DNA of 64,000 bases from positions 145,685 to 209,684 of the forward strand of contig JBAZKF010000001.1 of NCBI GenBank assembly GCA_041650895.1. Reading direction: 5' to 3'. The first letter of the stretch is position 1, and each line of letters begins with the position of its first letter. The translations under genes and the position numbers were made by a program. A model generated the notes under the pieces. That model was not told the origin of the DNA, searched no databases, and saw only the letters and a program-made list of their open reading frames with translations. Shown here piece after piece: positions 17,434 to 26,837 of the stretch. Origin of the DNA: Patescibacteria group bacterium (GTDB taxonomy: Bacteria > Patescibacteriota > Patescibacteriia > 2-01-FULL-39-33).

Positions 17434-18183
17434 TTACTCAAACAGCACTTTCATAAAGTACATAAAAATCAAAGCCAGGATGAATAGAACATAAGATAGG
17501 ACGGCGCGGGTCAGATTTTTATCCTTATGCAATTCGGGAATCAAATCCGAGGAAGCGATATAAATAAAACCACCGGCAGCAAAAGGCAAAAGCAAGGCGG
17601 AAATCAATTCGCTTTGCCGGTAAAACATCCAGCCCAATAATATGCCGATAAAAGCCATGCAGGCGGAAAGTAGATTATAGAATAAAGCGCGTTTTTTGGT
17701 GAATCCGGAATACAACAGAACGGCAAAATCACCCAGCTCTTGAGGAATCTCATGAAGGATGATTGACAGGGTTACAGGTATGCCCAGAGCCGGACCGCCC
17801 AAAAAAGAAGCGAATATCACCATACCGTCAATCATGTTATGGAAACCGTCACCGATAAGATTGAGCCAACCCAAATGGCTGTGTGTTTCGCATTCTTCAT
17901 TATGGCAATGATGCCAACGCAGAAATCTTTCCAAAACGAAAAAAAGCGAAAAGCCGACTAGGACGGCAATAAAAACATCTAACGAAGGGATAGTTTCCAA
18001 AACTTCAGGCAACAGATGGAAAAAGGCGGCGCCGATCATTGATCCGGCCGCGAAAGATACAAAATAAATCAAAATCTTGTTCAACCGCTTTTCATTAAGA
18101 AACAGACTGAGCGCGCCGGAAAATGACAATAAACTGACAACGGCTACTGCCAAGATTGACCATAAAAGATTTGATACAACCAT
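17434..18183 (-). CDS. ZIP family divalent metal transporter (ZupT-like)
   Basis: 249 aa with 8 hydrophobic segments, a His-rich loop HHCHNEECETHSH, and GDGFHNMIDGM and HEIPQELGDFAVL. Confidence 0.85.
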   Translation of the reverse strand: MVVSNLLWSILAVAVVSLLSFSGALSLFLNEKRLNKILIYFVSFAAGSMIGAAFFHLLPEVLETIPSLDVFIAVLVGFSLFFVLERFLRWHHCHNEECETHSHLGWLNLIGDGFHNMIDGMVIFASFLGGPALGIPVTLSIILHEIPQELGDFAVLLYSGFTKKRALFYNLLSACMAFIGILLGWMFYRQSELISALLLPFAAGGFIYIASSDLIPELHKDKNLTRAVLSYVLFILALIFMYFMKVLFE

Positions 18184-18201
18184 AAGGATAAAATGATAAT
18201 G

Positions 18202-18275
18202 TGGACATTACAGGATTCGAACCTGTGACCTTTCGAATGTGAATCGAACGCTCTAACCAACTGAGCTAAATGTCC
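18202..18275 (-). tRNA. tRNA-Val (anticodon CAC), 74 nt, no encoded CCA
   Basis: The reverse complement folds by hand into a cloverleaf: GGACATT-TA-GCTC-AGTTGGTTA-GAGC-G-TTCGA-TTCACAT-TCGAA-AGGTC-ACAGG-TTCGAAT-CCTGT-AATGTCC-A. Confidence 0.9.
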
Positions 18276-18280
18276 ATTAT

Positions 18281-18351
18281 TGGACCTAGGCGGAATCGAA
18301 CCGCCGCCTCTACAATGCGAATGTAGCGTCGTACCACTAGACTATAGGCCC
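18281..18351 (-). tRNA. tRNA-Ala (anticodon CGC), 71 nt, no encoded CCA
   Basis: The reverse complement is GGGCCTATAGTCTAGTGGTACGACGCTACATTCGCATTGTAGAGGCGGCGGTTCGATTCCGCCTAGGTCCA. The anticodon loop TTCGCAT and the G3:U70 wobble pair (an Ala identity element) are present. The D-arm is short. Confidence 0.85.
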
Positions 18352-18356
18352 TTAAA

Positions 18357-18379
18357 GGGGATGTTTTGGCAACATCCCC
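18357..18379 (-). terminator. Stable hairpin between the SIMPL gene and the tRNA pair (terminator or processing signal)
   Basis: GGGGATGTT (18357-18365) pairs with AACATCCCC (18371-18379), a perfect 9-bp stem with a 5-nt loop. Only a weak U tract (TTTAA) follows on the minus strand. Confidence 0.4.
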
Positions 18380-18387
18380 TGAAAAAT

Positions 18388-19164
18388 TTATTTTAATCTG
18401 TAATTTACATTCATTTCCACTACGATTTCGTAACTGCCGGTCGGAATCGTGGCACCGCCACTACTACTGCCGCCGCCCAGTCCGCCTTTATCGGCATAAT
18501 AAGAAGCGCCTTGTCCCGGACCTTGCACATAATTCTCCCACCAGCCAGTAATCTTTCCTAATTTAACTTCGGCCACAGAAGCCATTTTGATTGCTTTATT
18601 ATTGGCATCACCTAAAGCTTCCACTCTAGCCTGTTGTTTTAAATCATCCACATTGGAAACATCAAAAGAAATTCCCAAAACCTGATTGATGCCGGCCTTA
18701 CTGGCTTCGGCCAAAACCTTACTAACCTTATCCGGGCTGGCTTTGATATCCCTCACCTTAACGGTAATTTGTTGATTAGCGTTATAGCCAGATAAGCTAC
18801 TGGTGTTGTTAATATAATCGTACTGCGGATACAAAGAATAATTCTGTGTAACAATATCTTCCGGCGCTATGCCCAAAGCTTTGATGACCGCAACGATCTT
18901 GGTGATTTTATCATTCAATTGGTTTAGAGCTTCATCCGGCTTAGCTACCTTGTCAATCTGGACGCCCAAAGTGACGATAGCGATATCCGGCTGGTAAGTC
19001 ACCTTACCTTGACCGGTAACGGAAACCGAGTTCTGCGGATAATTGACGATACGATCACGCACGATAGAAACAACGGCCACGGAGGCTAGCGCCAGGATTA
19101 AAATGATGTAAACAGCGATCTTGCCGCCGCCCATTCTCTTAATCGGCTGTGTAATTTGATCCAT
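18388..19164 (-). CDS. SIMPL/DUF541 domain secreted protein
   Basis: 258 aa with an N-terminal TM/signal anchor. VSVTGQGKVTYQPDIAIVTLGV and the C-terminal GSYEIVVEMNVNYRL are typical of the SIMPL (26-kDa periplasmic immunogenic protein) family. Confidence 0.7.
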   Translation of the reverse strand: MDQITQPIKRMGGGKIAVYIILILALASVAVVSIVRDRIVNYPQNSVSVTGQGKVTYQPDIAIVTLGVQIDKVAKPDEALNQLNDKITKIVAVIKALGIAPEDIVTQNYSLYPQYDYINNTSSLSGYNANQQITVKVRDIKASPDKVSKVLAEASKAGINQVLGISFDVSNVDDLKQQARVEALGDANNKAIKMASVAEVKLGKITGWWENYVQGPGQGASYYADKGGLGGGSSSGGATIPTGSYEIVVEMNVNYRLK

Positions 19165-19223
19165 AATTTTTACCCTTCTTTATCACTGTATTATGTTTAA
19201 ATACGGTGAATTTTGTGTTTTTA

Positions 19224-19252
19224 ATTATAATGTAAAATTAAGAAAAAATCAA
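19224..19252 (-). promoter_or_regulatory. Putative promoter of the SIMPL gene (and possibly the tRNA pair)
   Basis: On the minus strand: TTGATT (19252-19247), a 17-nt spacer, then TATAAT (19229-19224). Confidence 0.5.
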
Positions 19253-19257
19253 GCCCC

Positions 19258-20310
19258 CTACCAAAAAACAACTAACCGGACTAACAAGAAATAAGCTTCC
19301 AAAAGCGGATTTGCCACCCAAGACAATAACTTATTCTCTACTTCCTGATTGGTAATCGGACCGACAAACAAACTAAGGATCTCCCGATCAGAAACTCGCC
19401 GTAAATCCTGGATTTTCCGACGCTCGCTCATAATATAACCGAAGTTTTTTATCAGCCACAACCAACCTTTGAACTTTTCCTTAGACCACTCGTTCTTGAT
19501 AGAAAAAGCCGTAATGCCCACTTCCATTATCAGTAACATGGGTGCTAACAAAACTATGGTCGCCAAACGGTAGTTCTTCAGTAAGACAATCCAACGATTG
19601 CGATCCATGTAATAAAACTTGTATCTGGCCTTGGAATAACTGTATTTATGATAAACCACGGAAAGCGGGTCAATAACCACACGATAACCCGATAGCCGTA
19701 AACGCCAACCCAAATCCACATCCTCGTGATACATGAATAATTTTTCATCAAACAAGCCGATTTCCTGAAGCGCCGACAATTTTAACAGTACGGCCGCACC
19801 CGAGGCGTAAGGCAAATCAAACAAAGCCGTATAAGCATGGCTATCCGGCTCGCGGTAATGATCGCAAAAGGCGAAGCCTAAGAATTGGAGGGAATTACCC
19901 AAGCTATTAATCAGGTTCTTCTCCGGATAAAGCAATAGTTTTGATTGCACAGCGGCGATTTTCTCATCGCCGGAAACAGCATTAACCAAGCGCGACAGCC
20001 AATACGGCTCCACAATCGTATCATCATTAAGCAAAACCAGATAATCCGCCTGGTCTTTAGCCCAGGAATAAATCTGGTTATTAGCCGCGGCAAAACCCGC
20101 GTTTCTATCATTGGCGATAACCGTTACTTGCGGCCAAACTTCGGCCAGATATTCTTTGGTTGAATCATGACTGCTGTTATCCACTACCACTACCTGAACC
20201 AACTCGCGCGGATAATTCTGCCGGTTGACGCTATCAAGACAATCAGCGATCTTATGGCGTGAGTTATAGGTAACAATGCCAATGACAACTTTTTTATGAG
20301 GATGAATCAT
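19258..20310 (-). CDS. Glycosyltransferase family 2 (WbbL/rhamnosyltransferase-like) with C-terminal TM segments
   Basis: 350 aa. VVIGIVTYNS, VVVDNSSHDST, the NAGFAAANN motif and the DDD-like LLNDDT. Confidence 0.85.
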   Translation of the reverse strand: MIHPHKKVVIGIVTYNSRHKIADCLDSVNRQNYPRELVQVVVVDNSSHDSTKEYLAEVWPQVTVIANDRNAGFAAANNQIYSWAKDQADYLVLLNDDTIVEPYWLSRLVNAVSGDEKIAAVQSKLLLYPEKNLINSLGNSLQFLGFAFCDHYREPDSHAYTALFDLPYASGAAVLLKLSALQEIGLFDEKLFMYHEDVDLGWRLRLSGYRVVIDPLSVVYHKYSYSKARYKFYYMDRNRWIVLLKNYRLATIVLLAPMLLIMEVGITAFSIKNEWSKEKFKGWLWLIKNFGYIMSERRKIQDLRRVSDREILSLFVGPITNQEVENKLLSWVANPLLEAYFLLVRLVVFW

Positions 20311-20629
20311 CTTTTTCCTTTAAGGCTTCGGCCCGAACGACTTTGGTCAGGTCTTTTTCCAATCTCTCAATGCGCCAAAACAAACGAGATAAAATATAAA
20401 ACAAAAAAACCAAAGCCAAATAAACCACCAAGTCAGAACCGCGGCCCACGCCCACGCGATTGGCGATGTCCACTGTCAACTGAGGCCAAATAACAGCCAG
20501 CCCGGCCAAAAACCACAATAACAACCAGCCGATAAATTGCTTGCCTGGCAATTCTTTGGCACGATACTTGGCTGCCAAACGCAGGACAATAACAGCAATA
20601 ATGATTAAAAGAATAATTTGTATAAGCAT
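20294..20629 (-). CDS. DUF2304 family small membrane protein
   Basis: 111 aa with three helices and ANRVGVGRGSDLVVYLALVFLFY. It sits in the usual GT2-DUF2304-GT2 arrangement. Confidence 0.65.
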   Translation of the reverse strand: MLIQIILLIIIAVIVLRLAAKYRAKELPGKQFIGWLLLWFLAGLAVIWPQLTVDIANRVGVGRGSDLVVYLALVFLFYILSRLFWRIERLEKDLTKVVRAEALKEKDDSSS

Positions 20630-20704
20630 ATTTTGTCTGATGATAATGATTAATTGTTAATTGATAGATAATCAAGGCTACCGGCAAAAACCAACTATTG
20701 ATGA

Positions 20705-21367
20705 CTACTTAATCAGCAAATCCCATAAAATACCAAACGCATTCCAAATGCTTTGGCCTTTCTTGATGGAATAATCGGTATAATGAATTGTTACCGGCAC
20801 TTCACAATATTTGAGTTTGAGACGCTTAATCTCATGCAACACCTCACTGGCATAGGCCTGCCGATCCTGTCCTAAATCCAGAAGTTTTAAAGCTGTTCCG
20901 GCCCAGGCCTGAAAGCCGTTATGCGTATCGGTCAGTTTTAAACCGGTAGTCCAGCAGGTAAAATATAAAGCCAGCTTTTTAGTGATTCTTTTCATTAACG
21001 GCATATTCAAGGCGCGACCCAGATTCCTGGAGCCCAACACCGCGTCATAACCTTCAGCCAATTTAGCGGCCAATAATTTAATCTCTTGCGACTCCATCTG
21101 CCCGTCCGCGTCAAAAAAAACAGCCGCGTCAACGTGGCGGCGAAGAGCATACTCAATTCCGGTTTTAAGCGCCGCTCCCTGGCCACGATTAATTTTGTGC
21201 CGTAAGACATCGGCGCCGGCCGAAGCGGCTAGTTCAGCCGTCGCGTCGCTTGAGCCATCGTCAATAATTACAATCAGAGATTCAGGCTGAGCGGCCTTGA
21301 CTGCCAAAACAACAGAACTGATTTTTTCCGCTTCATTGTAAGCCGGAATAATTATCGCCAATTTCAT
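20705..21367 (-). CDS. Glycosyltransferase family 2, polyprenyl-phosphate sugar synthase (Dpm1/GtrB-like)
   Basis: 220 aa. MKLAIIIPAYNEAEKI, IIDDGSSDAT, NRGQGAALKTG, FFDADGQ. Confidence 0.85.
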   Translation of the reverse strand: MKLAIIIPAYNEAEKISSVVLAVKAAQPESLIVIIDDGSSDATAELAASAGADVLRHKINRGQGAALKTGIEYALRRHVDAAVFFDADGQMESQEIKLLAAKLAEGYDAVLGSRNLGRALNMPLMKRITKKLALYFTCWTTGLKLTDTHNGFQAWAGTALKLLDLGQDRQAYASEVLHEIKRLKLKYCEVPVTIHYTDYSIKKGQSIWNAFGILWDLLIK

Positions 21368-21370
21368 AAG

Positions 21371-22411
21371 CTAAACCATCTTGACGGAACCAAGGGTTGT
21401 TTCCGGACGCCTTATTCCCTTTTGCGCGCTTAAATAATCAATGGTTTTCTGCAAGCCTTCATCCATCAGAATTATCGGGAACCAGCCCAACTTTTCTTTG
21501 ACCAAAGAGATATTGGCTAAAGGCTGAACCTCAAAATGAGCCGGGCGATTTTTAAATTCAATAATTGACTTGGAGTTAGTCAGGGTGATTATTTTTTTAG
21601 CGATTTCATTGATGCTCATTTTCCATTCCGACGCCATATTGACCGGGCCGCTCTCCCCGCTTTCCATTAACTTCATTAAACCGCGGATTAAATCTGTAAT
21701 ATAAAAATAAGAAGCAAATTCGCTTTCGCGGCCGTAGATGGTAATGGTTGTCCCGCTGTAAGCGGCAGAAATCATTTCTGGAATCATTCGACCGTCAGTT
21801 AAGCTTAGACGCGGACCGTAACAATTGAAAATCCTGGCGATTTTGGTATTAAGCTTATGAGCTAAGCGGTAATTATTAACCAAGGCTTCGCCAAAACGCT
21901 TAGCCTCGGCATAGCAGGCGCGGGGGCCAAATTGATCAACCGGGCCGACATAATCTTCTTTGATCGGCATAGGGCCAGTACCGGCACCGTAGACCGCAGG
22001 CGCCGAAGCGAATAAAATTGAAGCTTCGTATTTAACCGCTAAATCCAAAGCATAACGTAAACCAACCGAGTTTACCAACAGTGTCTCCACCGGATGAGCC
22101 ATATAAGCTTTGGGTGATGTCGGGGAAGCCAAAAAATAAATTTCTTGCACTCCCTGAAAAGCGACTTTGAACTCGGCTAATTCCGGACGACTCTCCAATT
22201 CAATAGGATTTATAATATCATGATTAATAAACTTGAAATCAGGATTGGCCAGCAAGTGGGCGATATTGGACTGATCGCCGGTAAGAAAATTATCAAGACA
22301 GATAACCTTAGCGGTTTTGACCAGCTCATCGCAAAGGTTAGAACCGACGAATCCGGCTCCTCCAATGACTAAAATATTCTTTTTATCAAATATCGCCTTT
22401 TTGACGGGCAT
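21371..22411 (-). CDS. NAD-dependent sugar-nucleotide epimerase/dehydratase (UDP-glucuronate decarboxylase/UXS-like SDR)
   Basis: 346 aa. ILVIGGAGFVGSNLCDEL (GxxGxxG), VICLDNFLTGD, and the catalytic YAEAK (YxxxK). Confidence 0.8.
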   Translation of the reverse strand: MPVKKAIFDKKNILVIGGAGFVGSNLCDELVKTAKVICLDNFLTGDQSNIAHLLANPDFKFINHDIINPIELESRPELAEFKVAFQGVQEIYFLASPTSPKAYMAHPVETLLVNSVGLRYALDLAVKYEASILFASAPAVYGAGTGPMPIKEDYVGPVDQFGPRACYAEAKRFGEALVNNYRLAHKLNTKIARIFNCYGPRLSLTDGRMIPEMISAAYSGTTITIYGRESEFASYFYITDLIRGLMKLMESGESGPVNMASEWKMSINEIAKKIITLTNSKSIIEFKNRPAHFEVQPLANISLVKEKLGWFPIILMDEGLQKTIDYLSAQKGIRRPETTLGSVKMV

Positions 22412-22524
22412 ACAGTTAAAAGTTACAAATTACTAATTACTTAATTAATTCAATCAAATACGTTACTGCCTTAATCTAATATTCACTCCCTTATATTATA
22501 CCACAAAATAATAACCCCAGACAA

Positions 22525-22968
22525 CTATCTCTTGAAAGTCCAGAAACGATTTAAACTGAAATTAAAAATAGCGACAATAAACGAAGAGACGGCTTTGGCC
22601 AACAAGTCTGGAATATGCACCAATTCGATCAATAAGCTCAAAAGGCATAAATTCAATGACAAACTTATAATATTGGCAACAAAAAATTTAGCATACTGCC
22701 ATTTCAAACCAGCGCTATGATGACGGAAGGTCCACTTGCGATTCAACTCAAAACTCCAGGTTACAGCCACAGCAAAAGAAATAATGGAAGCGACAAGATA
22801 GTGCAGACCGAATAGGCGGGTCATCAGCCAATAGACGCCCAAATCAACCAAAAAATTAGATGTGCCAACCAGGCAGAATTTGATAAACTGCCGGAACAGT
22901 GACTGTTTGAATAACGGCAACTGATAAATCCTTTCTTTTATCATTTTTAACATAAAAGTCAGAACCAT
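22525..22968 (-). CDS. GtrA family membrane protein
   Basis: FRQFIKFCLVGTSNFLVDLGVYWLM plus four TM helices. ATG 22968 was chosen because the TTG at 22992 lies upstream of the predicted -10 element. Confidence 0.75.
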   Translation of the reverse strand: MVLTFMLKMIKERIYQLPLFKQSLFRQFIKFCLVGTSNFLVDLGVYWLMTRLFGLHYLVASIISFAVAVTWSFELNRKWTFRHHSAGLKWQYAKFFVANIISLSLNLCLLSLLIELVHIPDLLAKAVSSFIVAIFNFSLNRFWTFKR

Positions 22969-22980
22969 TAACTTTATTCC

Positions 22981-23008
22981 ATTATAACACAAATCAAATT
23001 AAGTCAAA
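22981..23008 (-). promoter_or_regulatory. Putative promoter of the GtrA-like gene (divergent pair)
   Basis: On the minus strand: TTTGAC (23008-23003), a 16-nt spacer, then the extended -10 TGtTATAAT (22989-22981). The leader would be very short. Confidence 0.45.
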
Positions 23009-23010
23009 AC

Positions 23011-23039
23011 TTGTTTTTTCTCCTTAAATATGGTATAAA
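23011..23039 (+). promoter_or_regulatory. Putative promoter of the plus-strand glycan operon (23063-29251)
   Basis: TTGTTT (23011-23016), a 17-nt spacer, then the extended -10 TGgTATAAA (23031-23039). Confidence 0.45.
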
Positions 23040-23062
23040 TAGTTCTGTAATTGATTAATATT

Positions 23063-24400
23063 ATGACCAGTTTTATTATAAAAACCAAAAAATTACTTCT
23101 AATTTTAGGCGATATCGGCTGTCTTTATCTGGCGCTCTACCTGACTCTTTGGCTCCGTTACGGCTCGAGTTTCGACGCCAATTCCTGGCAAATCCACTAT
23201 CGCGCCTTGACTTTTATTTTTATTTTGTGGCTATTGGTTTTTTACATCAGTGATTTTTATGATCTAAAAACCAGCTATAATAACTTTTCCTTATTTTCCA
23301 TCTTATCCAAGGCCACAATAATCAACGGCATTATTGCGGTTTTAGCTTTTTATTTTCTAACTCCGTTTTTCCCCGCCATCAAACCGCAGAAAGTCTTGAT
23401 TATTGATTTGGTTATTACCTTCGCTATACTTTTTGCCTGGCGCAAAATTTTTTACGGCTTGATTAAATCGCCACAGATCGCCAACCATCTTTTGGTCATC
23501 GGACAAAAAAACCTAGCCGAAGAATTAATGAGAGAGCTGGCGCGCCGGCCCCAGTTAGGTTATAGAGCGACGCACCTCAACCAAGTTCCGGAAAATCTAA
23601 AAAAATACTGCCTGGACAGCAACATTGACATCGTTATTGCCGATAATAGCCTGCACACTGACGCCGTTACGGCAAAAAAAATCTTTGATTGTTTGTCTTT
23701 GGGCATTGATGTGCATCAACTGACTGACTTCTATGAAATCATTACGCAAAAAGTGCCGGTGGAATCGATTGAACTAGGATGGTTTCTGGAAAATCTAACT
23801 GAGAATTCCAAAAAATCATACGAGATACTCAAGCGTCTGATAGACATACTCCTATCCGGCATCGGCTTAATCGTAACAGCACCTTTCGTACCCCTTATCG
23901 CTCTCATCATTAAATTAGAAAGCCCCGGACCGATTCTCTTCCGACAGATTAGGGTGGGCAAAAACGGCAAAGAGTTTTTAGCCATTAAATTCCGCTCAAT
24001 GATTGAAAATGCAGAAAAAAACGGCGCTCAATGGGCGACAAAGAATGATTCCCGCGTTACCCGTTTCGGACGCCTAATGCGTAAAACCAGATTAGATGAA
24101 ATTCCCCAGTTGCTTAATATCCTCCGTGGCGAAATGTCCCTAATCGGTCCCAGACCGGAACGGCCGGAATTCATCCAGTCTCTCTCGCAGGAAATCCCCT
24201 TCTATAGCGAACGACTCTTAGTTAAGCCGGGTTTAGCCGGCTGGGCACAACTGCTGGGTCCAGCCTATGGCGGTTCCAAAGAAGAAACATTAGAAAAACT
24301 CAAATATGACCTATACTACGTCAAAAACCGCTCTCTGCTTCTTGATTTAAGTATTATTTTAAAGACAATTAGAGTTGTCTTAGGCGGTAGAGGCCAATAA
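23063..24400 (+). CDS. Polyprenyl-phosphate sugar-phosphate transferase (WbaP/EpsB-type priming phosphoglycosyltransferase)
   Basis: ATG 23063. Four or five N-terminal TM helices are followed by a C-terminal bacterial sugar transferase domain with KRLIDILLSGIGLIV...PILFRQIRVGKNGKEF...KFRSM...DEIPQLLNILRGEMSLIGPRP. Confidence 0.9.
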   Translation: MTSFIIKTKKLLLILGDIGCLYLALYLTLWLRYGSSFDANSWQIHYRALTFIFILWLLVFYISDFYDLKTSYNNFSLFSILSKATIINGIIAVLAFYFLTPFFPAIKPQKVLIIDLVITFAILFAWRKIFYGLIKSPQIANHLLVIGQKNLAEELMRELARRPQLGYRATHLNQVPENLKKYCLDSNIDIVIADNSLHTDAVTAKKIFDCLSLGIDVHQLTDFYEIITQKVPVESIELGWFLENLTENSKKSYEILKRLIDILLSGIGLIVTAPFVPLIALIIKLESPGPILFRQIRVGKNGKEFLAIKFRSMIENAEKNGAQWATKNDSRVTRFGRLMRKTRLDEIPQLLNILRGEMSLIGPRPERPEFIQSLSQEIPFYSERLLVKPGLAGWAQLLGPAYGGSKEETLEKLKYDLYYVKNRSLLLDLSIILKTIRVVLGGRGQ

Positions 24401-24413
24401 AACATTTTACTTT

Positions 24414-25292
24414 ATGAATACATTCCCGGCTTTATCAATAATCATCCCTAATTTCAATGATGGCGAAGCCCTTCCCAAAGTCATTGATTCTTTAGTTAAA
24501 GAATTAACCGAAAACCAGATAACCCACGAGATTATCATTGTTAATGACGGCTCGACCGATCAAAGTGGAGAGTTATTAAGATCAGACAATAGAGTGCGGC
24601 TGCTTAATCATCCCTATAACAAGGGCTACGGCGCCAGCTTGAAAACCGGAGCTAAAAATGCTCGCCACGAATGGCTGGCATTCTTTGACGCTGATGGACA
24701 GCATCAAGCCGAGGATATCAAAAAAATGCTTGCTTATACGGAGAACTTTGACTTGATTTCCGGTGAACGAACCGGTTACCAAGGACCCTGGATTCGCCAA
24801 CCCGGGAAAAAATTGATCCACTTATTGGCTATATATTTGTTAGACAAAAAGATAACTGACTTCAACTGCGGTTTAAGAATCATCAAAAAGAAAGATTTTT
24901 TAAGATTTGTCCATATTTTACCTAATGGTTTTTCCTGTTCAACTACAACATTATTCGCTTTTTTAAGGGAAGGATTGAATGTCAAATTCGTGCCAATTCA
25001 AATAAATAAGAGGGAAAGTGGACAAAGCATGGTCAAACCGAAGGAGTTCATAACTTACTTATTCTTAATCTTGCGGCTAATCATGCTTTTTTCACCCTTA
25101 AGGATATTTCTGCCTATCGGCCTATTATTATTTTTATTAGGCGGAAGTTTATTGGCATTTGACGTTATTAATCAGGGCCGGATTAGCGCCAGTACGGTAT
25201 TAGTCTCATTATCTTCAATATTAATATTTTTCTTCGGCCTGATAGCCGACCAGATTTCCGCCCTCCGAAGAGAGATTAATAACCGTCAATAA
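24414..25292 (+). CDS. Glycosyltransferase family 2, GtrB/ArnC-like polyprenyl-phosphate glycosyltransferase (two C-terminal TM helices)
   Basis: 292 aa. LSIIIPNFNDGE, IIVNDGSTDQS, NKGYGASLKTG, FFDADGQH. The C-terminal hydrophobic helices are typical of bactoprenol glycosyltransferases. Confidence 0.85.
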   Translation: MNTFPALSIIIPNFNDGEALPKVIDSLVKELTENQITHEIIIVNDGSTDQSGELLRSDNRVRLLNHPYNKGYGASLKTGAKNARHEWLAFFDADGQHQAEDIKKMLAYTENFDLISGERTGYQGPWIRQPGKKLIHLLAIYLLDKKITDFNCGLRIIKKKDFLRFVHILPNGFSCSTTTLFAFLREGLNVKFVPIQINKRESGQSMVKPKEFITYLFLILRLIMLFSPLRIFLPIGLLLFLLGGSLLAFDVINQGRISASTVLVSLSSILIFFFGLIADQISALRREINNRQ

Positions 25293-25306
25293 AACATCAC
25301 GCATTT

Positions 25307-26011
25307 ATGCCAACCGGAGATCTGCAAGAAAAATTCTGGAGCCAAGACAAATCAGCGCGTCGCTCTCCAGAACATCCCATTGTGAACTATATTTTCAAAG
25401 ATAAAGCGAAAAAAGTAAAAAATATATTGCCGAACGATATTGGCAGTATTCTTGATTGTGGCTGTGGCAACGGCTTTTTCCAAAAAGCCCTATCCGATAT
25501 CTTTCAGATAGAATGTGTGGGGATAGATTATTCAAAAGAAATGATTGATAACAACCCCAATCCGCAAAAAATGGTTGCTTCAGTTACGGCCATACCTTTT
25601 CCGGACAACTCCTTTGATTTAGTAACCTGCAGTGCGTTGCTTCACCATATGAACAAGCAAGAAAGGATTGAAGCCGTAAAAGAAATGTCCAGAGTGGCAA
25701 AAAAATATATTTTCTTATGCGAACCGAACGGAAAAAATCCGGCGGTAGCGGTCTTCTCTCTCCTAAATCGAGAAGAGTTGGGTGGCCTTGATTTTTCCTT
25801 GGGTTACTTAAAAGGATTAGGTAGGGCAGCCGGATTACAGCCGACAAAAGCCTTTATTGACGCCATGGTTCCACCCAATAAAACACCGTTATGGGCTTTC
25901 CCTGTCATACGGTATCTGGACCAAACAAAACTCAATTCGCTTCTAGGATTAGACGCGAATGTGTTATTTGAAAAAATATACTTAAACGATCCGCATAATG
26001 AACGACAATAA
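25307..26011 (+). CDS. Class I SAM-dependent methyltransferase
   Basis: 234 aa. SAM motif I ILDCGCGNGFF and motif post-I/II FDLVTCSALLHHM. Confidence 0.8.
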   Translation: MPTGDLQEKFWSQDKSARRSPEHPIVNYIFKDKAKKVKNILPNDIGSILDCGCGNGFFQKALSDIFQIECVGIDYSKEMIDNNPNPQKMVASVTAIPFPDNSFDLVTCSALLHHMNKQERIEAVKEMSRVAKKYIFLCEPNGKNPAVAVFSLLNREELGGLDFSLGYLKGLGRAAGLQPTKAFIDAMVPPNKTPLWAFPVIRYLDQTKLNSLLGLDANVLFEKIYLNDPHNERQ

Positions 26012-26837
26012 GCCCAAAATTATTCTTTCCTTTGATTTGGAATATTGGCATTCAAGCAAATTTTTGGAAAAATATTTAGCCGGAAAACAGGCTGACACTC
26101 CGCTACTGAACATAACTCTCTTGGAAAAAATTCTATCTCGGCTTAGCGACTATCCGAATGCCAGTGCCACTTTTTTTGTTCTGGCTGATTTAATGGATCG
26201 CTTCCCCGACTTACTGAAAAAAATCAAAGCTAGCGGCCAAGAAATCGCATTGCATGGTCTTAATCACACACCGATAGATCGCTTAAGCCCCGATGAATTC
26301 CAAAGGGATATAACCAAATCAACGGAAATCTTCCAACGTGTAATTAATGAAGCGCCAAAGGGATTCAGGGCGCCTAATTTTTCAATAAACAAAAGCAACA
26401 AATGGGCCTGGGAAACACTGGGGAAAAACGACTTTGTTTATGATTCAAGTTATTTCCCGTTCTCCTCTGATCCGACAGGGTTAACGCCGATCCAACCCTA
26501 CAAATTAATGACTGAAGCCGCACTCTTAGAATATCCCATTTCAACTTTCCGCTGGCTCGGGATCAATTGGCCAATATCGGGCGGTCTTTATTTCCGCCTG
26601 TTGCCTTATCCGATTTTCTCTTACTTGTTAAAGAAAAAAATCTCAAAAAACCAATTAGTGGTGCTTTATTTCCACTTAATGGATTTGGATGAATCAATAC
26701 CAAACATAAAAATCCCTCACTGGCGCAAAACTTTAAAATATTTCGGCGTCAAAAAAAGTTGGAATAAATTCAACCGACTGCTGAATGATTTTTCCGTTGA
26801 GAGCATTGAACAACATAGGATTAACCATGGCCATTAA
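25998..26837 (+). CDS. Polysaccharide deacetylase family protein (NodB-type, resembles the PEP-CTERM-locus subfamily)
   Basis: 279 aa. ILSFDLEYWH (DxE-type metal motif), ATFFVLADL, EIALHGLNH (HxxxH), GFRAPNFSI. Confidence 0.7.
   Translation: MNDNKPKIILSFDLEYWHSSKFLEKYLAGKQADTPLLNITLLEKILSRLSDYPNASATFFVLADLMDRFPDLLKKIKASGQEIALHGLNHTPIDRLSPDEFQRDITKSTEIFQRVINEAPKGFRAPNFSINKSNKWAWETLGKNDFVYDSSYFPFSSDPTGLTPIQPYKLMTEAALLEYPISTFRWLGINWPISGGLYFRLLPYPIFSYLLKKKISKNQLVVLYFHLMDLDESIPNIKIPHWRKTLKYFGVKKSWNKFNRLLNDFSVESIEQHRINHGH

Noticed and set aside
20433-20687. An 84-aa minus-strand ORF overlapping the DUF2304 gene in another frame
   Set aside because: The DUF2304 frame gives a convincing three-helix membrane protein with the family motif. 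The alternative frame is Cys/Tyr/His-rich with no recognisable features.
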